Below, piece after piece: positions 42,404-52,570 of a stretch of 64,000 nt of DNA (within the stretch, counting starts at the first letter, position 1; every line of letters starts with the position of its first letter). Made by a program: the position numbers and the translations under genes. Under the pieces are notes generated by a model. That model worked only from the letters and a program-made list of their open reading frames with translations, did no database searches and was not told the DNA's origin. Source of the DNA: Treponemataceae bacterium (GTDB lineage Bacteria > Spirochaetota > Spirochaetia > Treponematales > Rectinemataceae); the NCBI GenBank assembly GCA_963667725.2, contig CAXXHO010000003.1, positions 2,112,001 through 2,176,000 on the forward strand, in the 5' to 3' direction.

Positions 42404-43526
42404 ACACGATATCCTCGGCCTGGATAGCCCCTTTCTGAACGTTCACGCATGCCCGATTTATCACCGATTTGAGTTCCCGCACATTTCCCGGCCACTGATA
42501 CTCCATGAGCCTGGAGAGGGCGCCCGAACCGAGTTCGCAGTATCCCCTCCCCGTCTGGAGGCAAAAGTGCCGCGCCAGATCGGCCACATCTTCCATATGT
42601 TCTCTCAGAGGAGGAATCTTAATGGGGAGGTCGGAGATTCTGTAAAACAAGTCGGCCCTGAAATATCCGCGCTGGATTTCCGTCTCGATGTTGACGCAGG
42701 TGGCGCTCACGAGCCTGAAATCGGACTTTTCCGGTTTTTCCGCGCCAAGCTTCCAGAATTCCCCCGTTTCGAGCGCCCGCAGCAGCTTGGGCTGGGTGGA
42801 ACGCGACATGCTGCCGATCTCGTCGAGGAACAGGGTGCCCCTTGCGGCATTCGCGAGCGCGCCCCTATGCTTCACGGCATCGGTAAATGCCCCCCTTTCC
42901 GCCCCGAAAAGTTCGTTCTCGACGAGGTTTTCGGGCAATGCCGAACAGTTGAGCGCTATGAATGGCTCTCCTTTTCTGGAGGAATACTCATGGAGGGCCC
43001 TGGCCACGAGCTCCTTGCCGCTGCCGGTTTCGCCCAGGATGAGGACAGGATGGCGCGATTCTGCGTATTTTTGGACAAGGGCCGATATGCCCTGTATGGC
43101 CTTGCTTCTTCCGATGAACATTCGGACCGCGTTTTTCTCGTCCTCGTCGCTTTTTTCGATAGCCGCGATGATTCTAAAGCACAGGGAAGAAAGCTCTCCC
43201 GAATAGACGAAAATAAAGGCCGCGTTAGCGCTGACGCTAGGATTAATGCCGACGTTTGCGTCGAAGACGGAAGGAATCCGATTCTCGGTCAGCACGAAGA
43301 TCGGAATTCCCGACACATCAGAAAATATGCCGAGCAGGTTTATTAGGCTTTTCTGATCCGCCGATGGGACGCCTATGATCAAGGCACGGACATCGCGATC
43401 GCCCAGACTAATCTTGTGCAGTTCGCCCAGGGTCGCCGCTAGTCTTACTTCGAATCCGGGATGCAGTTCGCCAAGCACTTTCCGGATTCGCTGGCTGTCC
43501 ACATCCCAATAGGCGATTGCTTTCAT
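42357..43526 (-). CDS. Sigma54-interacting AAA+ activator lacking a C-terminal HTH
   Basis: GETGSGKE, GAFTDA, LFLDEI, WPGNVREL; ends about 25 aa after the AAA domain. Confidence 0.85.
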   Translation of the reverse strand: MKAIAYWDVDSQRIRKVLGELHPGFEVRLAATLGELHKISLGDRDVRALIIGVPSADQKSLINLLGIFSDVSGIPIFVLTENRIPSVFDANVGINPSVSANAAFIFVYSGELSSLCFRIIAAIEKSDEDEKNAVRMFIGRSKAIQGISALVQKYAESRHPVLILGETGSGKELVARALHEYSSRKGEPFIALNCSALPENLVENELFGAERGAFTDAVKHRGALANAARGTLFLDEIGSMSRSTQPKLLRALETGEFWKLGAEKPEKSDFRLVSATCVNIETEIQRGYFRADLFYRISDLPIKIPPLREHMEDVADLARHFCLQTGRGYCELGSGALSRLMEYQWPGNVRELKSVINRACVNVQKGAIQAEDIVFMSGLKDVARRGRRP

Positions 43527-43672
43527 ACCATCATTATTAAAGATTATTAAACGCCGCGAAAGACATAACTTCAATCCAGGCAGTAGACAATCATCTATTG
43601 CTGAGCGATGCGCTCAGGTAATGCCAGGAATTTTTGAGGAAAAAACCATAAAAACGGCTCAGCGGCGTCTAG

Positions 43673-44371
43673 CTATCGTTTTCCGGCCAGAATCTCCATG
43701 ATGACGCTTTCATAGAAAAAGATGCCAGACTTCGTATAACGCATATGGCGTGGAATCCAGAGTTCGTTGTCCCTGACCAGGGAACCTACGATGACCATGT
43801 CGGGCGTCGATTTCTGCAGCGCGCGCATGATCGCCGCTTCGTCTCTTTCTTGATAATCGCCTACGGTTCGCCCCACCACTCGAAGTTCGGGAAAGGTCGA
43901 TCGGATATTCGCCTCGGCTTTCTGAAGCGTCGGCAGGGATCCCCCGACGAGGAAAACGGAACCGCGGCGCTGTTCCAGGGCCGAGAGAAAAAGAGAAAGT
44001 GTCTTGAGCGGCTGGTAATGGTGGAAAGGGTTCTCTTCCTCTTCCGGGGGACCAAAATAGGAAAGATAGTCCCTGTGTCTGTCCCCGATAACGATCGAAC
44101 GTTTCAAGACTGCGGCTTTCCCGGCGCCAGCTTTTTTTGCCGCCATGTTCGAGAGCGCCGGCGACGCGGCCAGGATCAGGTCGGCGCTTTCCACCATCGA
44201 GGCGTACTCGCTCAGCCTTCCGGCGGCATGGAAATCCGAGCTTCGCAGAAAGCATACCTGGTGATTGGCCGTGTCATCCCAGGCCGAAGCCAGCGCGGCT
44301 ATCTGTTTTTCGGAGGGAAAATCCAGGCGCAGTCGGCCGAGCGCGATGCTTGTTATTTCGATAGTGTCCAT
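43673..44371 (-). CDS. WecB/TagA/CpsF family glycosyltransferase, divergent
   Basis: ADLILAAS, SVFLVGG, FPELRVVG, PDMVIVG..ELWI. Confidence 0.7.
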   Translation of the reverse strand: MDTIEITSIALGRLRLDFPSEKQIAALASAWDDTANHQVCFLRSSDFHAAGRLSEYASMVESADLILAASPALSNMAAKKAGAGKAAVLKRSIVIGDRHRDYLSYFGPPEEEENPFHHYQPLKTLSLFLSALEQRRGSVFLVGGSLPTLQKAEANIRSTFPELRVVGRTVGDYQERDEAAIMRALQKSTPDMVIVGSLVRDNELWIPRHMRYTKSGIFFYESVIMEILAGKR

Positions 44372-45135
44372 GAAGTCCGTTCCGTCATTATGGTTTTCAC
44401 GGCCGCCAGCGCGAAGAGCGCCGCCGTTTCCGTCCTGAGAATTGTGCCTTCGAAATGTACCGCCTGGAAGCCCATGGCCCTGAAAGCCTCGGTCTCCTCA
44501 GGCGCGAATCCGCCTTCGGGTCCCACGAGGATGACTGTCGGCATGGAATCTCCAGCGCAGCACTCATGGAGACTCTTCTCCGCGATGGGGAGTTCGTGGA
44601 ACATGAGGAGGAGAGAGTTTTCAGGCGGGAATCCCTCGTGGCTCAAGGCCTTGGCGAGGGTGTCGATTGAGGCGGTCGGAAGAATCTTCGTCCTGACCAT
44701 GGACCCCGACTGCTGAAGGGCTTCCCTGACTATCTTGCGCCTGCGCTCCAATTTCTCGGCGATGTCCTTCTCGTTCCTTTCGCGGACGACGCAGTTGCGC
44801 GTCTGAAGGGGAAAAACCGCGGCGGCTCCGGCCTCGACGGCCTGTCTCAGGATGAGATCCATCTTGGGACCCTTGGGCAGGCCCTGAACCAGGGCGATGC
44901 GCGCCGCGCCAGGCACATCGGCTGCGCCATCCTTCTCGGGCGCGAGCGAGACGATGGCCACCGCGGCGGAAGCGTCCTCGATCGCGCAGACGAAGCGGTT
45001 CCCCGCTTCGTCGAGGGCGGAAAACGAATCGCCCCGCCCCATGCGCAGAACGCGGAGAAGGTAGCGGGAGGTTTTTTCGTCGAGGACGAAGCGTGTATCG
45101 CCAGCCCTGTCGCCGGGAAGCACTAGTTGCCGCAT
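44353..45135 (-). CDS. rsmE: 16S rRNA m3U1498 methyltransferase RsmE
   Basis: RVLRM, EALQQSG, VGPEGGF, ILRTETA. Confidence 0.92.
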   Translation of the reverse strand: MRQLVLPGDRAGDTRFVLDEKTSRYLLRVLRMGRGDSFSALDEAGNRFVCAIEDASAAVAIVSLAPEKDGAADVPGAARIALVQGLPKGPKMDLILRQAVEAGAAAVFPLQTRNCVVRERNEKDIAEKLERRRKIVREALQQSGSMVRTKILPTASIDTLAKALSHEGFPPENSLLLMFHELPIAEKSLHECCAGDSMPTVILVGPEGGFAPEETEAFRAMGFQAVHFEGTILRTETAALFALAAVKTIMTERTSWTLSK

Positions 45136-45144
45136 CGGAACGCC

Positions 45145-46623
45145 TTACTTGGCCGAAAGGGCCTGGCTGACCGATTGGCTGTTTTCCAGGAGGAGGGGGA
45201 ACTCAGGGCTCAACAGGACTTCGATGGCTTTTTTCAGCTGGGTATCGAATTCCAGGTCGTAGACCCTTGAGGGTTTGGCCCTTTCAAGTTCGTCGCGCAG
45301 AAGCCTGTCTATATAGTCCTGAGGGAGCGAGTATCCCGATTCCACGATTTCCTTGGCCCTCGCCTTTCGCGCTTCGGGGCTCGCGTCGGGATGCGCTTTC
45401 GCGTAGCCCTGAATGAGTCCCGCGGCGTAAAGCTTTTCCAGGTCTTTGAACTGAGCCTCGGTAAATTCCCAATCAGGAACGACGATATCGGGTACGATGC
45501 CCGACTTGTCGATATTGACGCCTGAAGGCGTATAGTAGCGGGCCATCGTAAGCTTAAAGCCCGTGGTGTCGAGAGGGAATATCTGCTGGACGGAGCCCTT
45601 GCCATAGGTTTTTTCGCCGACGAGAAGAGCGCGCCGCTGGTCCTTCATCGCCCCCGAGAAAATTTCGGAAGCCGAAGCCGATCCCTTGTTCACGAGGACG
45701 ATCATGTTTATCGAGTCGGGTATCGCGACGGACGCTTTCGCCTTGTACTCGAAATTCTCCTGGTTGTTCCGGCCCCTTGTCGAAACGATCATCCCGGAAG
45801 TCAGGAAGAGATCGCTCACGTCCACGACCGAACTGAGCAGCCCGCCCGGATTGGAACGGACATCGACGACGAGATGTGTCATGCCGTCCTTGGCCATCTG
45901 GCTCAGGGCATCCTGCATGCGCTCGGCCGTCTGGGGAATCCATTCGATGATGCGGAGATAGCCGATGACGGCCCCGTCTTTTCTGATGATTCCCGTCTTG
46001 ATGGCGGGTATCTCGATGGTGGCGCGGGTGAATTCGATTTCGAACTCATAGGAAGCGCCCCGCATGAAGCTGAGGCGGACCTGGGTGCCCGCCGGTCCCC
46101 TGATCTTGGCCGATGCCTGGTCGACGGTCATGTCGGCGGTGCTCTCGCCGTCTATCTTCACGATGAGATCCCCGGGGAGTATGCCTTGCTTCCATCCGGG
46201 CGTATCCTCGATGGGCGACACTACCTCCACGTAATTCGGCTCCCCATCGGGGGAAGTTCCGGGCACCTTCGATATGTACAAGCCTACGCCCGCGTATTCC
46301 CCATCGGTTTCGCGCATCAAATCGGAAAGCATGGCTTCATCGAGAAAGGTCGAATGAGGGTCGCCGACGGCGTCGAACATGCCTTTCATCGCTCCCTGGT
46401 AGAGCTTGGCGGGATCGACTTCGTCGACATAATTCTGGATTATGAACTGGTAAATAGTCTGGATGAGCTGGGAATAGCGTTTGGCATCGTCGTTCGAGTT
46501 CTTTGTCGTCTGCGCCGCCGCTTCGGGGGCCGAAACGGCGAAAAAGCATACTGACAATGCTATCAGACCCGCAAGACTCCATGCGATGGTGGAACGCCCC
46601 GGTCCGTTTTTAAAAATTCTCAT
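45145..46623 (-). CDS. S41 C-terminal processing peptidase (CtpA-like) with PDZ domain
   Basis: DPHSTF, GVGL, DVRSNPGG, SASASEI, TYGKGSVQ. Confidence 0.92.
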   Translation of the reverse strand: MRIFKNGPGRSTIAWSLAGLIALSVCFFAVSAPEAAAQTTKNSNDDAKRYSQLIQTIYQFIIQNYVDEVDPAKLYQGAMKGMFDAVGDPHSTFLDEAMLSDLMRETDGEYAGVGLYISKVPGTSPDGEPNYVEVVSPIEDTPGWKQGILPGDLIVKIDGESTADMTVDQASAKIRGPAGTQVRLSFMRGASYEFEIEFTRATIEIPAIKTGIIRKDGAVIGYLRIIEWIPQTAERMQDALSQMAKDGMTHLVVDVRSNPGGLLSSVVDVSDLFLTSGMIVSTRGRNNQENFEYKAKASVAIPDSINMIVLVNKGSASASEIFSGAMKDQRRALLVGEKTYGKGSVQQIFPLDTTGFKLTMARYYTPSGVNIDKSGIVPDIVVPDWEFTEAQFKDLEKLYAAGLIQGYAKAHPDASPEARKARAKEIVESGYSLPQDYIDRLLRDELERAKPSRVYDLEFDTQLKKAIEVLLSPEFPLLLENSQSVSQALSAK

Positions 46624-46770
46624 GACTGAACTATCCTTGTTCGGCGACCTGCTCGTCAATCCTCATACCGCGGCGCCGAGCCGATTCCCGATTATAGTAT
46701 GGCAGGCGCTTAAGTGAACATCCCATATCTATTGACCCGACGGCGCGCAGCCCACTAGACTGATGTCCGT

Positions 46771-47238
46771 ATGAGAAAGTTGAAATATCTGGCCGCCGCC
46801 GCCTTATCGCTCTGCAAGCCTTTTTTCCTCGGCACCATAGCGGTGGGGATAGGGCTTTCCGATTCAGACGGCGTTTCTTCATCCTACCTGCGTTTCCTGA
46901 TATTTCCCCATGTCATACCGGCAGTCTGCTTTTTCTTCCTCTATCTCGACGAAGACAGATACCGATCGTTCAAGCCTTTGGTTGCGCTTTTCGAGCTGGG
47001 CTCCCTGGCCTTTCTCGCCGCCATAATGTTGCCGGCGGCGAAGGATCTGTCCAAGCTCATGGTGGCTACCAAAGACGCCCAGGGGTTTTCGAAAAGCGCG
47101 GTGGCGTATTTCGCCTCCCTCCTGATCGATGTTTTTTGCGGATTCATCATCATACTCGGCACGCTCCCGCGCGATGACCGAAAATCCGCGTCCGTGAAAG
47201 ACGGCGGCGGGTCTACTCTTCCCAACAAGGAACAATGA
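46771..47238 (+). CDS. Hypothetical membrane protein (about 4 transmembrane segments)
   Basis: Hydrophobic segments; overlaps the lgt start. Confidence 0.65.
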   Translation: MRKLKYLAAAALSLCKPFFLGTIAVGIGLSDSDGVSSSYLRFLIFPHVIPAVCFFFLYLDEDRYRSFKPLVALFELGSLAFLAAIMLPAAKDLSKLMVATKDAQGFSKSAVAYFASLLIDVFCGFIIILGTLPRDDRKSASVKDGGGSTLPNKEQ

Positions 47239-48248
47239 TGGCGGCAATGCTTGAATTCCCTGCCTGGCTTAAGCCAGAGATCATCCCCGGCCTGCCTTTC
47301 CGGTGGTACGGCCTCATGTATGTTCTCGCTTTCGGCACGGCCTGGTTTCTCTTCCGCTTCGAGTCGAAGCGATTGGGCAAGCCCTGGTCCGAAGAACTGG
47401 CGGCCAATTTCTTCCTCTGGGCCATCGTGGGCGTCCTCATCGGCGGAAGGCTCGCGGGCACGCTCATCTACGAACCGACCGATTATTACTGGCGCCGCCC
47501 TTGGTTCATCCTTTGGCCCTTCGACGAGACGGGACGTTTCGTGGGCTATCAGGGGATGTCCTTCCACGGAGGGCTCGCGGGCGTCATCGCCGCGACCCTT
47601 GTGTGGTGCAAGGTCAAGAAGGAAAAGTGGCTGGCCTGGGCCGACATCATCGCCATGGCGGCGCCCCTGGGCTACACCTTCGGCAGGCTCGGCAACTTCA
47701 TCAACGGCGAGCTCTGGGGCAAAGTGACCGGCGCCCCCTGGGGAATGGTTTTCCCTTACGCCGAAAGATTTTCGGCGCGCGAAACCTGGGTTCAGGAGAT
47801 CGCGGCCAAGGTGGGCATAACGCTCAACTCCATGAACGACGTCGTAAACCTGCCGAGGCATCCCTCCCAGCTCTACGAAGCCATATTCGAAGGCTTGGCG
47901 CTCTGGGTCCTCCTCTGGCTCGTCGTCCGCAAGCGGCGCCCCTTCGAAGGTTTCGCCTCCGGCGTCTATATCGTCGGCTATGGTCTCGTGCGATTCGTGA
48001 TCGAATATTTCCGCGAGCCCGATTCAGGCCTCGGCTACATCATCAAGCTCGGGAATCCCGATGCCCCAACCTATACCTTCACGACCCTTCTCAATTTTTC
48101 CATGGGACAGATTCTCTGTTTCCTCATGATCGCCGGAGGGCTGATCTTCCTGAGTACGCAGAAACGACGCAGCCGGAGAGAGCTTGAGGAAGCCCAGCGT
48201 AGCGCCAGCAAAATGTCGGCCAGAAAATTGAGGAAGAAAATCAAATGA
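47235..48248 (+). CDS. lgt: Prolipoprotein diacylglyceryl transferase
   Basis: RWYGLMY, GMSFHGG, GRLGNFINGELWG, RHPSQLYE. Confidence 0.97.
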   Translation: MMAAMLEFPAWLKPEIIPGLPFRWYGLMYVLAFGTAWFLFRFESKRLGKPWSEELAANFFLWAIVGVLIGGRLAGTLIYEPTDYYWRRPWFILWPFDETGRFVGYQGMSFHGGLAGVIAATLVWCKVKKEKWLAWADIIAMAAPLGYTFGRLGNFINGELWGKVTGAPWGMVFPYAERFSARETWVQEIAAKVGITLNSMNDVVNLPRHPSQLYEAIFEGLALWVLLWLVVRKRRPFEGFASGVYIVGYGLVRFVIEYFREPDSGLGYIIKLGNPDAPTYTFTTLLNFSMGQILCFLMIAGGLIFLSTQKRRSRRELEEAQRSASKMSARKLRKKIK

Positions 48249-48264
48249 GACAAGGGGAGCTGTC

Positions 48265-49950
48265 ATGATCGTAACCTTGGTTCAGATGAATTCGGTCATC
48301 GGCGATTTTGCCGGAAACGCGCGCAGGATCGTCGAACTCTCGAATAAAGCCATAGCCGATTCGGCTGCCTCAGGCAAGCCCGAACTCCTCATATTCCCGG
48401 AACTGGCGCTCTGCGGCTACCCTCCGATGGATCTCCTCGATCAGGAAGCCTTCGTCGAAGGCAGTCTTTCCGCGCTGCGCCTCCTCCAGCGGGAGCTCCC
48501 GAAATCGGCGGCCGTCGCCCTGGGCTATGTCGACAGGAACAGGACAGGATCGGGCCGCGCCCTGGTAAACGCTTTTTCCGTCATCGCCGACGGCAAAATC
48601 GTCTTCACCCAGGAAAAGACGCTCCTGCCCACCTACGATGTCTTCGACGAGGCCCGCTATTTCGAGCCGGCCAGGACGAGAAAAGTCTACACGCCTTCCT
48701 CGGGCAGGATAGGCTTCGCCATCTGCGAGGATTTCTGGTGGGAAGCGCCGCCCTCCCCCTCCTTCAAGTACGCGGTCGATCCGGTGAAAGACCTTCTCGA
48801 CGCGAACATCGACCTTCTCATCGTTCCCTCGGCCTCTCCCTTCGTCGCGGGCAAACTGAAGACGCGGCTCGCCCTCGCCAGGGGCAGGGCGAAGGAAGGC
48901 CACATCCCCGTCCTCTACTGCAACGCGGTCGGCGCCAACGATTCGCTCGTCTTCGACGGACGCTCCTTCGCGGTCTCGCCCGAGGGCGAGACGGTCGCCA
49001 TGTGCGGATGGGAGGAATCCTTCCTCTCCATCGACACCGCCGCGATGACGACGCGCGTCAGCGACGCGGGGTCAGCCAGCGAAGCGATCGAGGAAATCCA
49101 CCGGGCTCTCGTCGTCGGCATCCGCGACTACATGAAAAAATCGGGATTCTCCAAGGCCTGCCTGGGTCTGTCGGGCGGCATCGATTCGGCCATGGTGGCC
49201 GTCCTGGGCGCCGAAGCCCTCGGTGCCGAAAACATCACCTGCATCACCATGCCGAGCAGGTTCTCGAGCGACGGTTCCATCGATGATTCAGTCGAGCTCT
49301 GCCACCGCGGCGGCATAAGGCTCGAGAGACTTTCGATCGAGGCGCCTTTCAAGGCCTACCTCGACCTCCTCGCCATTCCCTTCGCCGGCCGCCCCTTCGA
49401 TCTCGCCGAGGAAAACCTCCAGGCGAGGATACGAGGAGCCCTTCTCATGGCCTGGTCGAACAAGTTCAACGCCCTATTGCTCACCACGGGCAATAAGAGC
49501 GAAATAGCGGCAGGCTACTGCACGCTCTACGGCGACATGTGCGGCGCCCTCGCCCCCATCGGCGACCTCTACAAGACGGAGGTCTTCGCGCTCGCCAGGC
49601 ACCTGAACAGGCTGGCCGCGGCTGCCGGAAAGCCCGAACCCATTCCGCTGTCCATCATAGAAAAAGCGCCGAGCGCCGAGCTCAGGCCCAATCAGAAGGA
49701 TCAGGACAGCCTGCCCGAATACGACCTGCTGGACGGCATACTGCGCCTTTATATCGAAGAGGACGCTTCCTTCGAGGATATCGTGGCCAAGGGTTTCGAA
49801 AGGGCATTGGTGCTGAAGGTGCTGGGGCTGACGGCGAAGGCTGAATACAAGAGGCGCCAGGCCGCGCCGACGATCAAGGTTTCGAAGCGCGCTTTCGGAA
49901 TAGGCCGTCGCCTGCCCCTCGCCCGCCACATCCACGAGATAGAGGGTTAA
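48265..49950 (+). CDS. nadE: Glutamine-dependent NAD+ synthetase
   Basis: Nitrilase domain (FPEL, KTLLPTYDVFDE, ICED) plus GLSGGIDS, ENLQARIR, TGNKSE. Confidence 0.95.
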   Translation: MIVTLVQMNSVIGDFAGNARRIVELSNKAIADSAASGKPELLIFPELALCGYPPMDLLDQEAFVEGSLSALRLLQRELPKSAAVALGYVDRNRTGSGRALVNAFSVIADGKIVFTQEKTLLPTYDVFDEARYFEPARTRKVYTPSSGRIGFAICEDFWWEAPPSPSFKYAVDPVKDLLDANIDLLIVPSASPFVAGKLKTRLALARGRAKEGHIPVLYCNAVGANDSLVFDGRSFAVSPEGETVAMCGWEESFLSIDTAAMTTRVSDAGSASEAIEEIHRALVVGIRDYMKKSGFSKACLGLSGGIDSAMVAVLGAEALGAENITCITMPSRFSSDGSIDDSVELCHRGGIRLERLSIEAPFKAYLDLLAIPFAGRPFDLAEENLQARIRGALLMAWSNKFNALLLTTGNKSEIAAGYCTLYGDMCGALAPIGDLYKTEVFALARHLNRLAAAAGKPEPIPLSIIEKAPSAELRPNQKDQDSLPEYDLLDGILRLYIEEDASFEDIVAKGFERALVLKVLGLTAKAEYKRRQAAPTIKVSKRAFGIGRRLPLARHIHEIEG

Positions 49951-50735
49951 GCCCGCCAGGCCTGGATCCGCTGGGGACAGTTGGAGATGATGCCGGCTGC
50001 CCCACAGGCCAGAACGCGTTCGGCGTCGGCCTCCGTGTCGACCGTCCAGGGAAGGACGGGACGCCTTAGTTCGGCGAAGAGCCTCTTGTGCTTAAGAAGG
50101 ACGTGCTCGGGCTTGAGAACGTCGACGTTGCCTATCCACCGCCCCTCGCCTCTTCTCAGAAAACCGTAGAGATCCTTCGACCTGCACCAGATTATGGCGG
50201 TGGGTATTTCCCTCGCGATCGTCTTGAACCTGCGCAAGGCGAAAGGATTGAAGGAAGACACAAGGCAGCGCCTTTCCATGCCGTGACGGGCGATAGTCTC
50301 CGAGAGGAGCCGCTCGAGGCCGGCGTCCCCCGTCGTCCTGCTTTTGATTTCCACATCGATATACTGGGTTTTGCCGAATTCCTCGAAAACGTTGTCCAGG
50401 AGAGGCATTCTCTCGCCTGAAAAAGCGGGGCCCTTCCAGGAGCCGATATCGAGGGAAGCCAGGAAAGCGTAGTCGGATCCCTCGAGCGAAAAGGCCAGCT
50501 CGCCGCTTGGATCGTCGGGCCGCGTGACGATGCGCTTCGTGGTGTCGTCGTGGAACACGACGAGCTTTCCGTCCTTCGTCAGGTGCACATCGAGTTCTAT
50601 GCCGGGAATGCCGGCGTCCCTGGCGCCCCTGTACGCGGCCATGGTGTTTTCGGGATAGATGGTCGAAAGCCCCCTGTGGGCGAAAACGAGGGGGCGGGGA
50701 AAATCGGGCAATAATGGCGGACGCATGTTCGGCAT
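49947..50735 (-). CDS. Glycerophosphodiester phosphodiesterase
   Basis: AHRG, PENT, IELDVHLTKDG, FHD, VEIK. Confidence 0.9.
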   Translation of the reverse strand: MPNMRPPLLPDFPRPLVFAHRGLSTIYPENTMAAYRGARDAGIPGIELDVHLTKDGKLVVFHDDTTKRIVTRPDDPSGELAFSLEGSDYAFLASLDIGSWKGPAFSGERMPLLDNVFEEFGKTQYIDVEIKSRTTGDAGLERLLSETIARHGMERRCLVSSFNPFALRRFKTIAREIPTAIIWCRSKDLYGFLRRGEGRWIGNVDVLKPEHVLLKHKRLFAELRRPVLPWTVDTEADAERVLACGAAGIISNCPQRIQAWRA

Positions 50736-50740
50736 CGGGT

Positions 50741-51241
50741 TTAGGCGCCTTGCCCCGGCTTTTCCTGGCCGCCTTCAGGGAGGAGGCCCATCCTCCGTTT
50801 GAGCGCCTCGAGGGGATCCTCGGAGGAGCCGGCCTTGGCCAAAGCATCCAGTTCGCGCTCCAGCTTGGCCTTATCGGGCTCGAGAGCCTCGCCCGTCATC
50901 ATGGACAGCTCGGCCTGAAGCTGGTCAGGATCGATGCTCCTCTGCTTGGCCTTCATCCCGGGCATGGCTTCCTTGATCCTCGCCGCGTCGCGTTCCAGCT
51001 CAGCCCTCGAGGCCGCTATTTCCGACAACCGGCCTTCCAGCTGGCCTAGCTGTTCGCGGGCGCCAGCCGCGAGTTCGGCCATTCCCCTGCTCTCGGCCAG
51101 GCTCACCCTCGAGGTCCAGAGAGTGACGTCCTTCTTGAGAGCTTCGATATCCTTGTTGTGACGCTTGATATCGGTCGTATAGGCGAAAAGCAGTTCCCTG
51201 GCTCCTTCGTAGTCGAGGCGGGACAATTCTTCCAGCGTCAT
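50741..51241 (-). CDS. Coiled-coil protein resembling a truncated PspA/IM30
   Basis: WTSRVSLAESRGMAELA and LERELDAL..DPLEALKRRM parallel motifs in the PspA at 38978-39697. Confidence 0.65.
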   Translation of the reverse strand: MTLEELSRLDYEGARELLFAYTTDIKRHNKDIEALKKDVTLWTSRVSLAESRGMAELAAGAREQLGQLEGRLSEIAASRAELERDAARIKEAMPGMKAKQRSIDPDQLQAELSMMTGEALEPDKAKLERELDALAKAGSSEDPLEALKRRMGLLPEGGQEKPGQGA

Positions 51242-51251
51242 TCGCGGCTCC

Positions 51252-51662
51252 TTAACCACCGGCCTTGATGGCGAGCAGTCTTTTTTTCTCGATTTTTTCG
51301 CCGAAGCGCGCGAGGTCGATCACGGCCCGGACATGTTCGGCTTCGCCGATCTTTTCGACCTCGTCCCAGGCTTCGACCTTGAAGGTGAGCATCCTTCCTT
51401 CCACCTTCACCAGTTCGGAACGAATCCTGACTTTCATCTCGAGCGGCGTCGGGGCGAGATGCCTCACGCCCATGAAGGCGCCCACGGTGGCGTGGCCGGG
51501 TCCCAGCAGGTGGTCGACGGCTTCGCGCGAGGTTTCTTCCATGTGGAGGACCATCGAGGGGGTGGCATAGACGGGCACTCCCCCCGATCCCAAATGCGAA
51601 GCGATGTGCTTCGGTTCCACGACGATCGTTTTTTCGTGAACGATGCCCGGTTGCGGTTCCAT
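51252..51662 (-). CDS. FlK-like hot-dog thioesterase
   Basis: VYATPSMVLHME and HLAPTP supply a Thr/Glu/His triad. Confidence 0.85.
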   Translation of the reverse strand: MEPQPGIVHEKTIVVEPKHIASHLGSGGVPVYATPSMVLHMEETSREAVDHLLGPGHATVGAFMGVRHLAPTPLEMKVRIRSELVKVEGRMLTFKVEAWDEVEKIGEAEHVRAVIDLARFGEKIEKKRLLAIKAGG

Positions 51663-51834
51663 GGGACTACTCCTCATTGTGTCTTCAGGCGATCGCCTAA
51701 AGTATACCATGAAAGCGGGCCCGGGGGAAAATGGGAGCCGGCCGGGGCTTCGCGGTTTTCGAAAAAAGTGTGCGCGCAATTTTTCTGGGGCGCGGCCGCA
51801 CTATATTAAAATTTTGCAGTATATTATTTTTACT

Positions 51835-52542
51835 ATGTTAGAGAAACAAAACAAAGCGAATGAAGGACGAAAAGCTTCGGGACGATGGCGGGACGAGCAT
51901 TTCCGTGCCGCTTTCCCTGCGGTCTTCGTTATCCTCGCGGTCCTCGGAGTCTCGCTGATCTCGGTTTCCTGCATGGGGCAGAGGGCGGCGGCCACCGAGC
52001 CAGTTTCATTGGAGACGGCTACCGAGCCCGCGCCCTCGCAAGCGACCGTCAACACGCCAGGAGGCAAACTCATGATCTACACCGAAGAACAGGCAGCCAC
52101 CGTCTGCTATATAGAGCCCACCGAGGAACTCAGGGAAAAACTGAGTCCGGAAGAATACGATGTGCTCGTGCAGGCGGCCACGGAGCCGCCTTTCCAGAAC
52201 GCATTCTGGGACAACCACAGGGCGGGCATCTATGTGGACAAGATCGACGGCAGCGCGCTTTTCCTCTCCTCGACCAAGTTTGAGTCAGGCACGGGCTGGC
52301 CGAGCTTCTGGACGCCCATCGACAACGACGCCGTTCTGCTCGTCGAGGATTTGTCATACGGCATGAATCGGATCGAGGTCAGGGCGAAGAATTCGGGCGG
52401 CCATCTCGGCCATCTGTTCAACGACGGCCCCAAACCAAGCGGGCTTCGCTACTGTATTAATTCCGCTTCGCTGGATTTCATACCCGCCGAGGAGATGGCG
52501 GATCGCGGCTACGGAGCCTATCTCGATTTGCTGAAAAAGTAG
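51835..52542 (+). CDS. msrB: Peptide-methionine (R)-S-oxide reductase, probable lipoprotein
   Basis: KFESGTGWPSF, GHLGHLFNDGP, RYCINS; hydrophobic signal ending ISVSC. Confidence 0.9.
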   Translation: MLEKQNKANEGRKASGRWRDEHFRAAFPAVFVILAVLGVSLISVSCMGQRAAATEPVSLETATEPAPSQATVNTPGGKLMIYTEEQAATVCYIEPTEELREKLSPEEYDVLVQAATEPPFQNAFWDNHRAGIYVDKIDGSALFLSSTKFESGTGWPSFWTPIDNDAVLLVEDLSYGMNRIEVRAKNSGGHLGHLFNDGPKPSGLRYCINSASLDFIPAEEMADRGYGAYLDLLKK

Positions 52543-52570
52543 CCCGCGGCGCGAGGCGGCGCAGCGCGGC

